A stretch of DNA of 64,000 nucleotides from an uncultured Acidimicrobiaceae bacterium. GTDB taxonomy: Bacteria; Actinomycetota; Acidimicrobiia; Acidimicrobiales; Bog-793. The stretch is taken from assembly GCA_963703655.1 (NCBI GenBank), contig CAVPFA010000008.1, positions 4,060 to 68,059 of the forward strand, in the 5' to 3' direction. The notes under the pieces were generated by a model. That model saw only the letters and a list, made by a program, of their open reading frames with translations. It was not told the DNA's origin and ran no database searches. A program made the translations under genes and the position numbers. Shown piece by piece: positions 47,922-56,301 of the stretch; the stretch's first letter is position 1; every line of letters starts with the position of its first letter.

Positions 47922-47987
47922 GCTCACCGTGCCGATTTGACCGTTCAGGTTCTCGTGAACCGATCGGGCTCGTAGTGCAATAGAGGG

Positions 47988-48542
47988 GTGATGGATGACG
48001 ACGGGCTGATTGCCCGGCTCGCCGCTGGTGACGACGGGGCGCTTCGGGAACTGTTTTCCCGGCATGCACCCTGGCTGGCAGCGCGCCTGCGGGTTGTGCT
48101 GCCTGCCGTGGATGTGGAGGACGTGTTGCAAGAGACCTTTCTTGGGGTGTGGCGGGGGGCGGCCGGCTACCGACCCGATGGGACGGCGGGCGGGTGGCTA
48201 TGGGGGATCGCTCGACGCCAGGCGGCCCTGTTCTTGCGCCGCCGAGGACCGGGAGAGCTGGTACTGCCCGCTGTTGTGGAAGCGGATATGGGCGGCGTCG
48301 GGGATCCGACCGAGGCGGTGCTGTCGCGAGTGGACTTGGAGAACGCGGTGGCCGCATTAGGGCCTCCGGGCGGGCCCGACCGGGAAACGTGGCAGCTGTT
48401 ATGTGTCGAGGACCGGTCGGTGGCAGAGGTGGCTGCGTTGATGGGCGTACCGCAGGGGACTGTGAAGAGCCGGGCACATCGGGCTCGGCGAACGCTGCGG
48501 GAGGCCCTCGGTGACCGGCTGGCGGTGGAGGGAGATTCGTGA
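47988..48542 (+). CDS. ECF-type sigma-70 family RNA polymerase sigma factor
   Basis: 184 aa. Region 2 (DVEDVLQETFLGVWRGAAGY) and region 4 HTH (RSVAEVAALMGVPQGTVKSRAHRARRTL). Confidence 0.85.
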   Translation: MMDDDGLIARLAAGDDGALRELFSRHAPWLAARLRVVLPAVDVEDVLQETFLGVWRGAAGYRPDGTAGGWLWGIARRQAALFLRRRGPGELVLPAVVEADMGGVGDPTEAVLSRVDLENAVAALGPPGGPDRETWQLLCVEDRSVAEVAALMGVPQGTVKSRAHRARRTLREALGDRLAVEGDS

Positions 48543-49264
48543 TGAGCGACATGCGCACGACGGGCCAGGAATGGGACGGGGTGCCGCCTGATGTCGATCT
48601 GGGAAGGGTGTGGAGAGCGGTGGCCACAGAGGTGTGGCACCGCCAGCCGAGCTGGCTAGAGCGCCGTGTTGCGAGGTGGTTGGGCTCGCCGGGTCTGGCA
48701 CGGGCTCTACTGACAACTCCTTCGCTGTTGGTGGCGTGGCTGATCTCGACCGTGGTTGTGCTCGCGGTGGGAGCGGCGGCGACAGTAGGGACAGGCCTCC
48801 CGCTCGTGGCGCTCTTGGCTCCGGCGGTGGCGGGGGCAGGGATCGCGTACGCGTACGGGCCGGGGATGGACCCGGCCTGGGAGCTGTCGTGCAGCATGGC
48901 GGTCAACGACCGGATGGTCCTACTGGTGCGGGCACTGGCAGTCTTCGCCGTCAATGCCGTCTTCGGGCTGGCGGCCTCTGCCGCGTCAGGTTTGGCCGTT
49001 TCGGTCACCTTCGGCTGGCTTGTCCCGATGACCGCGGTGTCGGCGCTGGCGTTGGCCACGGCGACCGTTGCCCGCTCGGCGAACGTGGGCGTAGCGGCGG
49101 GAATGGCTGGCTGGGCAATCACAGTCTTGGCGGCCCAAGCAAGTTCGGGCCAGTGGAGTGCGGCGATCACCGACTGGGCTTTAGTGGCTCCCTACCTGAT
49201 CTTCGCGGCCGGCTGTGCTGCTGTGGTGATTCTTGTTACCCGTGTTCCACGAGGAGCGTCATGA
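48539..49264 (+). CDS. Polytopic membrane protein in the anti-sigma position
   Basis: GTGA overlap with the sigma gene stop. A ~45-aa cytoplasmic N-terminus is followed by about 5-6 TM helices. No zf-HC2 motif is present. The role is inferred from position only. Confidence 0.55.
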   Translation: MMSDMRTTGQEWDGVPPDVDLGRVWRAVATEVWHRQPSWLERRVARWLGSPGLARALLTTPSLLVAWLISTVVVLAVGAAATVGTGLPLVALLAPAVAGAGIAYAYGPGMDPAWELSCSMAVNDRMVLLVRALAVFAVNAVFGLAASAASGLAVSVTFGWLVPMTAVSALALATATVARSANVGVAAGMAGWAITVLAAQASSGQWSAAITDWALVAPYLIFAAGCAAVVILVTRVPRGAS

Positions 49265-50004
49265 ACATCGACATCGACCATCTGACGAGAAAGTTCGGCC
49301 GTACCCAAGCGGTGGCCGGGGTCGACCTGCAAGTCGGTCCCGGGGTGTTCGGGCTCCTCGGCCCGAACGGGGCCGGCAAGACTTCGCTGTTGCGGATGAT
49401 GGCCACCGTGCTGCAACCGTCCTCAGGAAGCTTGCGGCTGTTGGGCCGTGATCCTGCGAGCTACAGCCAGCGTCGTGAGATCCGCCGCCGACTGGGCTAC
49501 CTGCCTCAGAACCTCGGCTACTACCCGGGGTTTACGGTCGTGGAGTTCGTCGAGTACTTCGCACTCTTGAAGGAGATGCCGCCCGCTCGGATACCCGCTG
49601 CAGTGGCCGCCGCCGTAGAGCGGGTCGAGCTCGGGGAAAGGGCCAAGTCCAAGCTACGCACCCTCTCGGGGGGGATGTTGCGCCGGGTGGGGATCGCCCA
49701 AGCCATCGTCAACGACCCTGAGCTGCTGCTGTTGGACGAGCCGACCGCTGGGCTCGACCCCGAGCAGCGGGTGCAGTTCCGGGCCGTGCTGCGCGAGTTT
49801 GGCGAGACGGCCACCGTGATCGTGAGCACGCACCTCGTCGAAGACGTCGGGGCCGCCTGCACCGAGGTGGCGCTCATGGACGGGGGAGGCATTGTGTTTC
49901 GGGGCACCCCCGACGCACTGGCGGCACGGGGTGTAGGGCATGGAGTGGGCGACGCGCCACTGGAACGGGGATACAGCGCTGTGCTTGCCGAGGGGCGCGC
50001 ATGA
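49261..50004 (+). CDS. ABC transporter ATP-binding protein
   Basis: ATGA overlap with the upstream gene. Walker A GPNGAGKTS, signature LSGGMLRR, Walker B LLLLDEPTAGLD. Confidence 0.9.
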   Translation: MNIDIDHLTRKFGRTQAVAGVDLQVGPGVFGLLGPNGAGKTSLLRMMATVLQPSSGSLRLLGRDPASYSQRREIRRRLGYLPQNLGYYPGFTVVEFVEYFALLKEMPPARIPAAVAAAVERVELGERAKSKLRTLSGGMLRRVGIAQAIVNDPELLLLDEPTAGLDPEQRVQFRAVLREFGETATVIVSTHLVEDVGAACTEVALMDGGGIVFRGTPDALAARGVGHGVGDAPLERGYSAVLAEGRA

Positions 50005-51455
50005 CCTCGGTCACGGTCCCGCTCCGCTCCCGGTCACAGCGGGTTCGCCCGGCTCGTCGCGCGCGGTTGCTGCGCCTAGAGCTTCGCCACAGCAACATGA
50101 TCTGGCTGCTCCCACTGCTTGGGGCCCTGTTCTACTTCGACGCCTTCCACAAGGCCGCGGGCTATCCACCGTTTTGGTTGGTGCGCTCCTCGGTTATCCT
50201 TCACGAGCTGGTCCCGGACGTCTCGCTGTTCGCGGCGGGCGTCGGCGCCTGGACCGGATCGCGGGAGGGACGGCGCCAAACGGTCGACCTTGTCACCATT
50301 GCGGCCCGGCCGCGCTGGGCCACCGCACTCGCCTCGTTTGCAGCCACGACCATCTGGACACTCGTAGCGTTCCTCGGCTGTGTCGCTGTGCTCTATGGAT
50401 TCACGGCGACCCAAGCCAGCTGGGGTGGGCCGCCTTGGTGGCCGGTGGCGGCTGGAGCGGCAGTGCTGTGTGCCTTCTGCGCGTTCGGGTTTGCCGCCGG
50501 CGTGTTGCTGCCCGGTCGGTTCACTGCCCCGCTGGCTGCGCTTGTGGCATTCCTGGTGCTCATCGTGGCGTTCCGGGTTGTGCTCAACGAGTCGCAACCC
50601 ACCTTCGCGCTCCTCTCGCCGATGAACTCGGTGCCGCACGGGGACGCCGGGGTGTTCTTCCACTACTTTCCCGACCTCTACATCGTCCAGATCATGTTCT
50701 TCGCCGGGATCGCCGTCGCGGTCCTCGGCGGACTCGGGCTTGCAACGGCGTCGGGCAGCCGGATCGTGTGGCGCACCGCAGCCGTCGTTACCGCGCTTGG
50801 TCTGGCGGCAGCCTCTACTGGCGTCGGTCTCGCCGGGACCGCCCGCGTGGAGGCCAACGGCGTGGTCATCCCTGCCGTCCACGACGCAGCCAGCGACCGG
50901 CCCATCGCCTACACGCCCGTCTGCCAGCAAGGAGCGATCCCTGTCTGCGTCCATCCCGCCTTCCGGGCCTACCTGCCCGACCTCGTTGCCGCCTTGAACC
51001 CGCTCATACACCAGTTCGCGGGGCTCCCCGGGGCACCGGTGCGTGTCGAGCAGGTTTCTTCCTCGACCGTCGCGGAGCTGTCGGTGGCGCTGAGCTCGAC
51101 CGAGATCGAGACCTTGGTCGGTACCAGTGCGACCCTCACCGGTAACCCTCCGGTGCTACACCTGGCCCTCACCCAAATGCCGAGCCAGCCGGAACCACCC
51201 AGTTCACAGCCACTCGCGATCGAGCAGGCCGCCTTCGTGGATGCCTTCATCGGCCCGGCCGGAGGCGCCCTCGGCGACCCGGCTCAGGCAGCGATCGAAG
51301 CGGCCCTGCTCCACGACGCCGGTTCGCTTCCGTCACCCGCGGCCAAAGCCGCAAATCGGTTTGCGGCCCTCGAACCCAGCGTCCGGCGTGCCTGGCTGGC
51401 AACTCACCTCTTGGTTCTTCGATCGGGCCACGTCGCCCTGGCACAGATCCCGTGA
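50001..51455 (+). CDS. Membrane protein (ABC-associated permease-like N-terminal half plus extracytoplasmic domain)
   Basis: ATGA overlap with the ATPase gene. About 6 TM helices occupy the first ~270 aa, followed by a ~210-aa non-membrane region. Confidence 0.6.
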   Translation: MTSVTVPLRSRSQRVRPARRARLLRLELRHSNMIWLLPLLGALFYFDAFHKAAGYPPFWLVRSSVILHELVPDVSLFAAGVGAWTGSREGRRQTVDLVTIAARPRWATALASFAATTIWTLVAFLGCVAVLYGFTATQASWGGPPWWPVAAGAAVLCAFCAFGFAAGVLLPGRFTAPLAALVAFLVLIVAFRVVLNESQPTFALLSPMNSVPHGDAGVFFHYFPDLYIVQIMFFAGIAVAVLGGLGLATASGSRIVWRTAAVVTALGLAAASTGVGLAGTARVEANGVVIPAVHDAASDRPIAYTPVCQQGAIPVCVHPAFRAYLPDLVAALNPLIHQFAGLPGAPVRVEQVSSSTVAELSVALSSTEIETLVGTSATLTGNPPVLHLALTQMPSQPEPPSSQPLAIEQAAFVDAFIGPAGGALGDPAQAAIEAALLHDAGSLPSPAAKAANRFAALEPSVRRAWLATHLLVLRSGHVALAQIP

Positions 51456-52126
51456 CACCCGCCCATGTACGAACACGCGCGGGAAAAGAGTCGAGAATCC
51501 TCCACCCCCTGCCAAGCTGGGGCAGTGCCGCAGCCGGTTCACGACTTGTACGCCTGTACGTCGCGAGCCGGCGCGTCCCCGCCGCTCTGGGAGCGCTCGT
51601 TGGCTGCAGCTTGGTCTTGCGCGCCGCGCTCGAGTGGCACTGGATACCCAGTAGCGGCCCGCTCACCCAGCAGCTGCCGGTGCTGCTGGAGGCTGGAACG
51701 GCATCGGTAATCGCGGTAACCACGTACAGTCCGTTCGGCGAGCCTGAACGCGCCACCGGTCGCTGGCTTCCGTACCTGCGGTTCGGCACGGCTGGAGCCC
51801 TCACCGGAATCGCCGTCGGCTTGCTGAGCGCCGGAGCCGCAGCAGCTCACCTGCCAGGTGGCACTCTCGACGTGGTGCGCAACGTCGCAGGCATGACAGG
51901 CATCGGCCTCATCTCAGCCGCCGTGGTCGGCGGAGGGCTCTCCTGGATCGGACCGATGGCATACCTTGTCCTGAGCGAGGACGCGATATTGAACGACTGG
52001 AGAACCCCGTGGATCTGGCCGACCACACCATCACAGGACGCCGGCGCCGCCCTCTGTGCCGCCCTGGTGTTCGTCGCCGGCGCCGCCATCATCACCGCAC
52101 GCGGCGCCCGCCAGCGCGCCAACTGA
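51452..52126 (+). CDS. Hypothetical polytopic membrane protein (last gene of the sigma/ABC operon)
   Basis: GTGA overlap with the upstream gene. 224 aa with about 5 TM helices. Confidence 0.55.
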   Translation: MTPAHVRTRAGKESRILHPLPSWGSAAAGSRLVRLYVASRRVPAALGALVGCSLVLRAALEWHWIPSSGPLTQQLPVLLEAGTASVIAVTTYSPFGEPERATGRWLPYLRFGTAGALTGIAVGLLSAGAAAAHLPGGTLDVVRNVAGMTGIGLISAAVVGGGLSWIGPMAYLVLSEDAILNDWRTPWIWPTTPSQDAGAALCAALVFVAGAAIITARGARQRAN

Positions 52127-52196
52127 CCATAGACCTCTGTATCAGCGGGAAGGACGAAACCGCAGGCCCAGACGCCATTTTAGCGCGCTCATCGGG

Positions 52197-52236
52197 GGGT
52201 GGTGGTGGCGAGCCGGCCTGTAGGCGGGTTTCTGTC
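52197..52236. repeat. Distal att-like direct repeat (displaced rnpB 3'-end fragment)
   Basis: GGGTGGTGGTGGCGAGCCGGCCTGTAGGCGGGTTTCTGTC is 38/40 identical to 57419-57458. Weaker similarity to rnpB continues for about 25 nt to the right. Confidence 0.8.
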
Positions 52237-52529
52237 GTGGCCAATCTCGTTGCCTGCGGAGCTGGCTGGAAACCGCCTCCGAACTGGTTTTTTGCTTCAC
52301 CGACATTGACCGAGGTTGACAGCCCTTGGCCGACCTCGCGTGTCACGTTTGTGTCATGAAGACGGGGGTCATGCAGGCTGTCGACCTGTTGTAGTCCATC
52401 GCTCGAATGAGCCCGTGGAGCCCACGGACGCGGCCCGTGTCGAGCCGGAGGCGCTCGGAGCGAAATGTCCGTCCGCTACGCGCTCTCGACGTGACTGAAG
52501 ACGCACCTTGCGCGGCGTACAGATGATTC

Positions 52530-52708
52530 GATCGGCGGCAGCCCTCGCGCCGGCCGGCGGCACGATCTAAGGCACACCGGCGTCGCGCTGTTGGCCGGCG
52601 GGCGGCGACGCGATCGAGATCGCGACACGAGCTGGTCACGCAAGCGACGCGTTCACCCATGACCGTTATGGCCATCTTCTCCCGGACGTGGACAAGCAGC
52701 GGCGGTAA
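52530..52708 (+). pseudogene. Remnant of a second tyrosine recombinase (C-terminal ~55 codons, internally frame-shifted)
   Basis: One frame reads GRRHDLRHTGVALLAGG (box II HDLRHT). After a frame slip, GGDAIEIATRAGHASDAFTHDRYGHLLPDVDKQRR-stop (52706-52708) follows, containing the catalytic-Tyr region. Compare the intact-looking RLGHASAAETLDTYSHLWPDSED in the neighbouring integrase. Confidence 0.6.
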
Positions 52709-52748
52709 AGTTGGAAGCGCTGCGGTCAGCTGCCCGTCTCCTCTGAAC

Positions 52749-53816
52749 TCACGCGTACTGGCGTCGCAGCCACCAGTAGGTGAATCCGCACAACACCAGC
52801 GCTGCCGCGAGGAAGATCCCCATCTCCGCCCACTGGAACGGCCAGAAGCGACTCGCCGGCTGATGGGTGACGACCGTGTGGAAGGTCGCGGAGAGCTTGC
52901 TCACGCACGCTTGGAGTCCCGGCGCCGCGCGAGGTCCGCCACCGGAGTGCTCCCCGACGATGGCGCCCCCGCCACCCACCTGCGGGAGCTTGGCGAGCGC
53001 GGGGCAGTTATGGAGCAGGTACTGGCTCGTAGGTACATGTCCGGCCTTGTCGACCACCCTCGTCGAGTACACCCAGCCGTTCGAAACGTTCACGTTCGGT
53101 GGCGTGAGCGAGACACTGCTGTTGGACACGCGGAAGCCGGGACCCGAACCGGTCGAGAGCGGGAGGGACTCGTGCACGGGCGAGGCGAGGTTGGGGCGAA
53201 CCCAGTACGTGACGGCGAGGCGTGCAGCCGCGAACCCCACGCCCGTGACGGCCATTGCTGCGACCGTCCGGCGCAGCAGGACGCCTGCAGTCGCGCCGAG
53301 CGCGAACGCGAACGCAGCGTAACCGAGCGGCGCGACACCCTGAAGACCGAAGTTCCCGAGGCCGAAGCGATTCTGATTCACGGCGTCGAGCGGGCTCGCC
53401 CACCAATCAGCCATCCAAGTGACCAGTCCACCGATCACCATGGACGCGATGCCGACCACTGCGAACTTCACCGCGAGCCAGCGCCGCCGGGTGACGCTCT
53501 GGGTCCAGGCGAGGCGGAAGGTACCCGTCTCGAGCTCGCGGGCGACGAGCGGCGCGCCGAAGAAGAGCCCGATGAGCGCCGGCGCGATGACCACGATGAA
53601 CGGCAGGGCACTCTGCAGCGGCTTCTCGGCGTTCAGCACCGGGTTCGAGGCCGACACCGCGGCACAGTTCCCCGCCGCCTTACAGGTGGACTGGAAGGCG
53701 TCGCTCACATGCACGAGGTGGACACCGGTGACGGCGAGCACGATGGCGAGGACGACGAACAGACCGAAGCCGATGATCGCTTCGGTGCGGAACTGACGGA
53801 GCGTCAGGCGGATCAC
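52749..53816 (-). CDS. ABC-2-type transporter permease
   Basis: The GTG at 53816 overlaps the ATPase stop (GTGA), and GGAGG lies upstream. The product starts VIRLTLRQFRTEAIIGFGLFVV and has about 6 TM helices with a large extracytoplasmic loop. Confidence 0.7.
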   Translation of the reverse strand: MIRLTLRQFRTEAIIGFGLFVVLAIVLAVTGVHLVHVSDAFQSTCKAAGNCAAVSASNPVLNAEKPLQSALPFIVVIAPALIGLFFGAPLVARELETGTFRLAWTQSVTRRRWLAVKFAVVGIASMVIGGLVTWMADWWASPLDAVNQNRFGLGNFGLQGVAPLGYAAFAFALGATAGVLLRRTVAAMAVTGVGFAAARLAVTYWVRPNLASPVHESLPLSTGSGPGFRVSNSSVSLTPPNVNVSNGWVYSTRVVDKAGHVPTSQYLLHNCPALAKLPQVGGGGAIVGEHSGGGPRAAPGLQACVSKLSATFHTVVTHQPASRFWPFQWAEMGIFLAAALVLCGFTYWWLRRQYA

Positions 53817-54703
53817 GATCGGACCTCCAGGTTTGGCCGGCGGTCCTCTTGGACGGCGCGGGTCATGTAGGCAAGGACGAGATCTTCGAGATCGAGGCTC
53901 TCGACCGACCACGCCGGATCGAGAACGGGCTTGTCGGTGCGCACGACGAGCGTGCTCTGCCGGTCGGTGTGGCTCTCGCCGATGACCTGCTGATCGCTCG
54001 GGAGCGCGTCGCGGTCGTGTCGCGGACCCGTCAACCGGTGGTGGGCCGCGAGCAGCTCGTCGATGTCGCCAGCGACCTGCACGCGCGAGTCGACGAGCAC
54101 GACGAGGTAGTCACAGACCCGCTCCAGGTCGGCGACGAGGTGGGAGGAGAGGATGACGCTCGCGCCTTGCTCGACGACGACCTCCATCAGGCCCTGGAGG
54201 AACTCGCGTCGTGCGAGAGGATCGAGGCTCGCCACCGGCTCGTCGAGCACGAGCAGCTCCGGGCGTTTCGCCACCGAGAGAGTGAGCGCGAGCTGGGCGC
54301 GCTGGCCGCCCGAGAGCTTGCCGGCCTTCTGTCGGGGATCGAGCCCGAGGCGCTCGATCCGTATCCGAGCGAGCTTCGCGTCCCAGCTCGGGTTCATCCA
54401 CCCGCCGAATCGGAGGTGATCGGCGATCGACAGTCCCGCGTACGTCGGGGTGTCCTGGGCGACGAAACCGACGCGGGCGAGCTGGCCCGGTGTCGTGCCG
54501 GGACGCCCACCGAGGACGGAGATCGACCCAGCGCTCGGCTGCAGGAGACCGACCGAGAGGTGAAGCAGCGTGGTCTTGCCGGCGCCGTTCGGTCCGACGA
54601 GGCCGACGACCTTGCCAGCTGGGACGGCGAGCGTGCACTCCGAGAGCGCCCACTTGTGTCCGTAGCGCTTACCGAGGCCGTTCGCCTCCAGGACGGCGGT
54701 CAC
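53813..54703 (-). CDS. ABC transporter ATP-binding protein
   Basis: The GTG at 54703 overlaps the GntR stop (GTGA). Walker A GPNGAGKTT, signature LSGGQRAQ, Walker B LLVLDEPVASLD. Confidence 0.9.
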   Translation of the reverse strand: MTAVLEANGLGKRYGHKWALSECTLAVPAGKVVGLVGPNGAGKTTLLHLSVGLLQPSAGSISVLGGRPGTTPGQLARVGFVAQDTPTYAGLSIADHLRFGGWMNPSWDAKLARIRIERLGLDPRQKAGKLSGGQRAQLALTLSVAKRPELLVLDEPVASLDPLARREFLQGLMEVVVEQGASVILSSHLVADLERVCDYLVVLVDSRVQVAGDIDELLAAHHRLTGPRHDRDALPSDQQVIGESHTDRQSTLVVRTDKPVLDPAWSVESLDLEDLVLAYMTRAVQEDRRPNLEVRS

Positions 54704-55104
54704 GCTACGTCTTCCGCGGAGGAGGACCGAACGACCTCGCGAAAGAGCGCCTCGATGCTCTCCTCGTCGAGGCCCGCGCGTCGCGCCTGCGCCAGCCAAC
54801 GTTGCAGGCTCTGACGGAGCGGACCGTGGGCGGCGAGAGAGTCGTCGCTCAGGGTCGTCGTGACGAAGATGCCAATGCCCGGTCGAGCGGCGACGAGACC
54901 GAGGTGCTCCAGCTCCTTGTACGCCTTGAGCACCGTGTTCGGATTGATCGCGAGACTCGTCACCACCTCCTTCACGGTGGGGAGCTGGTCGCCAACTTCG
55001 AGCAGGCCGAGTCGCAGCGCGTGGCGGACCTGTTGGACGACCTGTTGGTAGGGCGCGACACCCGAGCGCTTGTCAAGATGGAATTCGATCACCGTTGACT
55101 CCAT
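54700..55104 (-). CDS. GntR-family regulator, short YtrA-like subtype
   Basis: 134 aa. wHTH PYQQVVQQVRHALRLGLLEVGDQLPTVKEVVTSLAINPNTVLKAYKELEHLGLV, with a short C-terminal domain. It is the first gene of the GntR-ABC operon. Confidence 0.85.
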   Translation of the reverse strand: MESTVIEFHLDKRSGVAPYQQVVQQVRHALRLGLLEVGDQLPTVKEVVTSLAINPNTVLKAYKELEHLGLVAARPGIGIFVTTTLSDDSLAAHGPLRQSLQRWLAQARRAGLDEESIEALFREVVRSSSAEDVA

Positions 55105-55139
55105 GGTTAACTAGGAACATAGGTAACCATGAACCATGG
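55101..55139. promoter_or_regulatory. AT-rich inverted-repeat region overlapping the GntR start codon (operator candidate)
   Basis: CCATGGTTAACTAGGAACATAGGTAACCATGAACCATGG. The outer inverted repeat is CCATGGTT/AACCATGG, and the inner palindromes are GTTAAC and GGTAACC. It is the only AT-rich stretch nearby. Confidence 0.45.
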
Positions 55140-55468
55140 CCGAGCATCTGTCAAGGCAGATCCGTCAGCGGCTGCCGTCCGGCGTGAGGCACATTTGAGA
55201 GGCACCATTAAGGGGTCGCAGTCGGACCACGCCTCGCGCTGCCTCCGCGACCTGTACGACGCCTCCCGTCGTGCTTCGCGAAAGGGTGCGCACCGGGCAG
55301 CACACCTTTATGCAGAAGTCGGATCGCGTCGCGATAGAACCTCGGTCAGATCGCACTCGGGGCGTCGAGTGCGGTCGGAAATATTCGGCGTTATACGCTC
55401 ACTCACTGACCGAGGCGATCACTTTCGTGGCCCACGGTCACCCGCGAGCTGCGCGCGACCGGGGACCC

Positions 55469-55828
55469 TCACGATCCTTCGGGCCGTCGAACCCGAACCA
55501 GATGGCCGCGCACGACGACGATGCATCCTGTGAGATCGCCGAGCTGCTCGTTGCTCAGGAAACTCCGAACCGTGGCGGCGACTGTGGCTACGTCCTGGTG
55601 CCGAGAGCGGATGACAGCAATACCTGGGTGGCTGCCGGGCGGGTATCGACGGATGTCGCCAAAGCCTCGATCGAGCGTGATAAGGAAGCGCTGGTCCCTT
55701 ATAGCTGCGGCTAGGACCTCGGGGTCACCTGTACCTTCGAGACCTTCCTCGATCACGGTGTCGACCTCGTGACCCAACGAGGCGGCAGCGAGTCGTGCCT
55801 CCTCTGGGAGATTCTCGTCGAGCTTCAG
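55469..55828 (-). CDS. DUF5615 (Mut7-C/PIN-like) putative toxin; apparent non-canonical start
   Basis: The ORF track starts at the TTG (MGHEV...) at 55777. The frame stays open and family-like upstream (LKLDENLPEEARLAAASLGHEV), back to the CTG at 55828, 2 nt after the DUF433 stop. There is no ATG/GTG/TTG in that stretch. Confidence 0.6.
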   Translation of the reverse strand: MKLDENLPEEARLAAASLGHEVDTVIEEGLEGTGDPEVLAAAIRDQRFLITLDRGFGDIRRYPPGSHPGIAVIRSRHQDVATVAATVRSFLSNEQLGDLTGCIVVVRGHLVRVRRPEGS

Positions 55829-55830
55829 CC

Positions 55831-56073
55831 TTACCCCGGCGACGGCTCGAGTGGATGCAGCTCGTCGCGGGCGAGAAACGCCGCGTAGGCGAGGGCGGCA
55901 GCCACCGCTCCGGTCGGAAGTGACGGGTACTCGGCGTGGATCTGCTCTTCGGTCATTCCCGCTGCCAGGCAGTCAAGTACCACGCTCACCGGGATGCGAG
56001 TACCGCGAATCCGGGCCTGACCGTGCACGACCGCGGGGTCAGCGTCGACGAGGTCGAGGGGCTCCGTTGGCAT
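55831..56073 (-). CDS. DUF433 putative antitoxin (HTH-like)
   Basis: The Met at 56073 gives MPTEPLDLVDADPAVVHGQARIRGTRIPVSVVLDCLAAGMTEEQIHAEYPSLPTGAVAAALAYA, the typical DUF433 signature. Confidence 0.7.
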   Translation of the reverse strand: MPTEPLDLVDADPAVVHGQARIRGTRIPVSVVLDCLAAGMTEEQIHAEYPSLPTGAVAAALAYAAFLARDELHPLEPSPG

Positions 56074-56301
56074 CGCTTCATGGTCCCACATCGGTCGGCC
56101 AAGGCGGAGAAGTGTGATCGCCCTATGTTCCTGTGGTACGAAGGGTACGGCCACGTGACACGGGCGGATTCGAACAGTCGATCCGCTTTCCACGTCGGCA
56201 GATCGCGCCGACGGGCTCCGTCGGAGCCACGTCTATTCGACCGCGCAACGCCGCTCGCTCACTCGCCGTGACGGCCGACAGTTGCCGACGAAAGAGGAAC
56301 C

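Noticed and set aside
47940-47987. ECF-type promoter (GGAAC-N16-17-CGTT) upstream of the sigma factor gene
   Set aside because: A GAACC is present (GTGAACCGATCGGGCTCGTAG), but there is no properly spaced CGT-type -10 element, so it cannot be supported.
55129-55714. Plus-strand ORFs 55129..55533 and 55271..55714 in the island's 330-bp gap
   Set aside because: They are Arg/Ser-rich with no motifs, and the second is antisense to the DUF5615 gene. I treat the gap as non-coding.
56130-56250. Possible tRNA or tRNA fragment, flagged because the T-loop-like 10-mer GGATTCGAAC (56166-56175; minus strand GTTCGAATCC) is present
   Set aside because: I tried to fold the minus strand as a cloverleaf. An acceptor-like pairing (GACGTGG / CCGTGTC) exists. 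However, the would-be T arm has an 11-13-nt loop and no anticodon stem forms. I treat it as structured intergenic DNA (see the CCACGTS finding), not as a tRNA gene.
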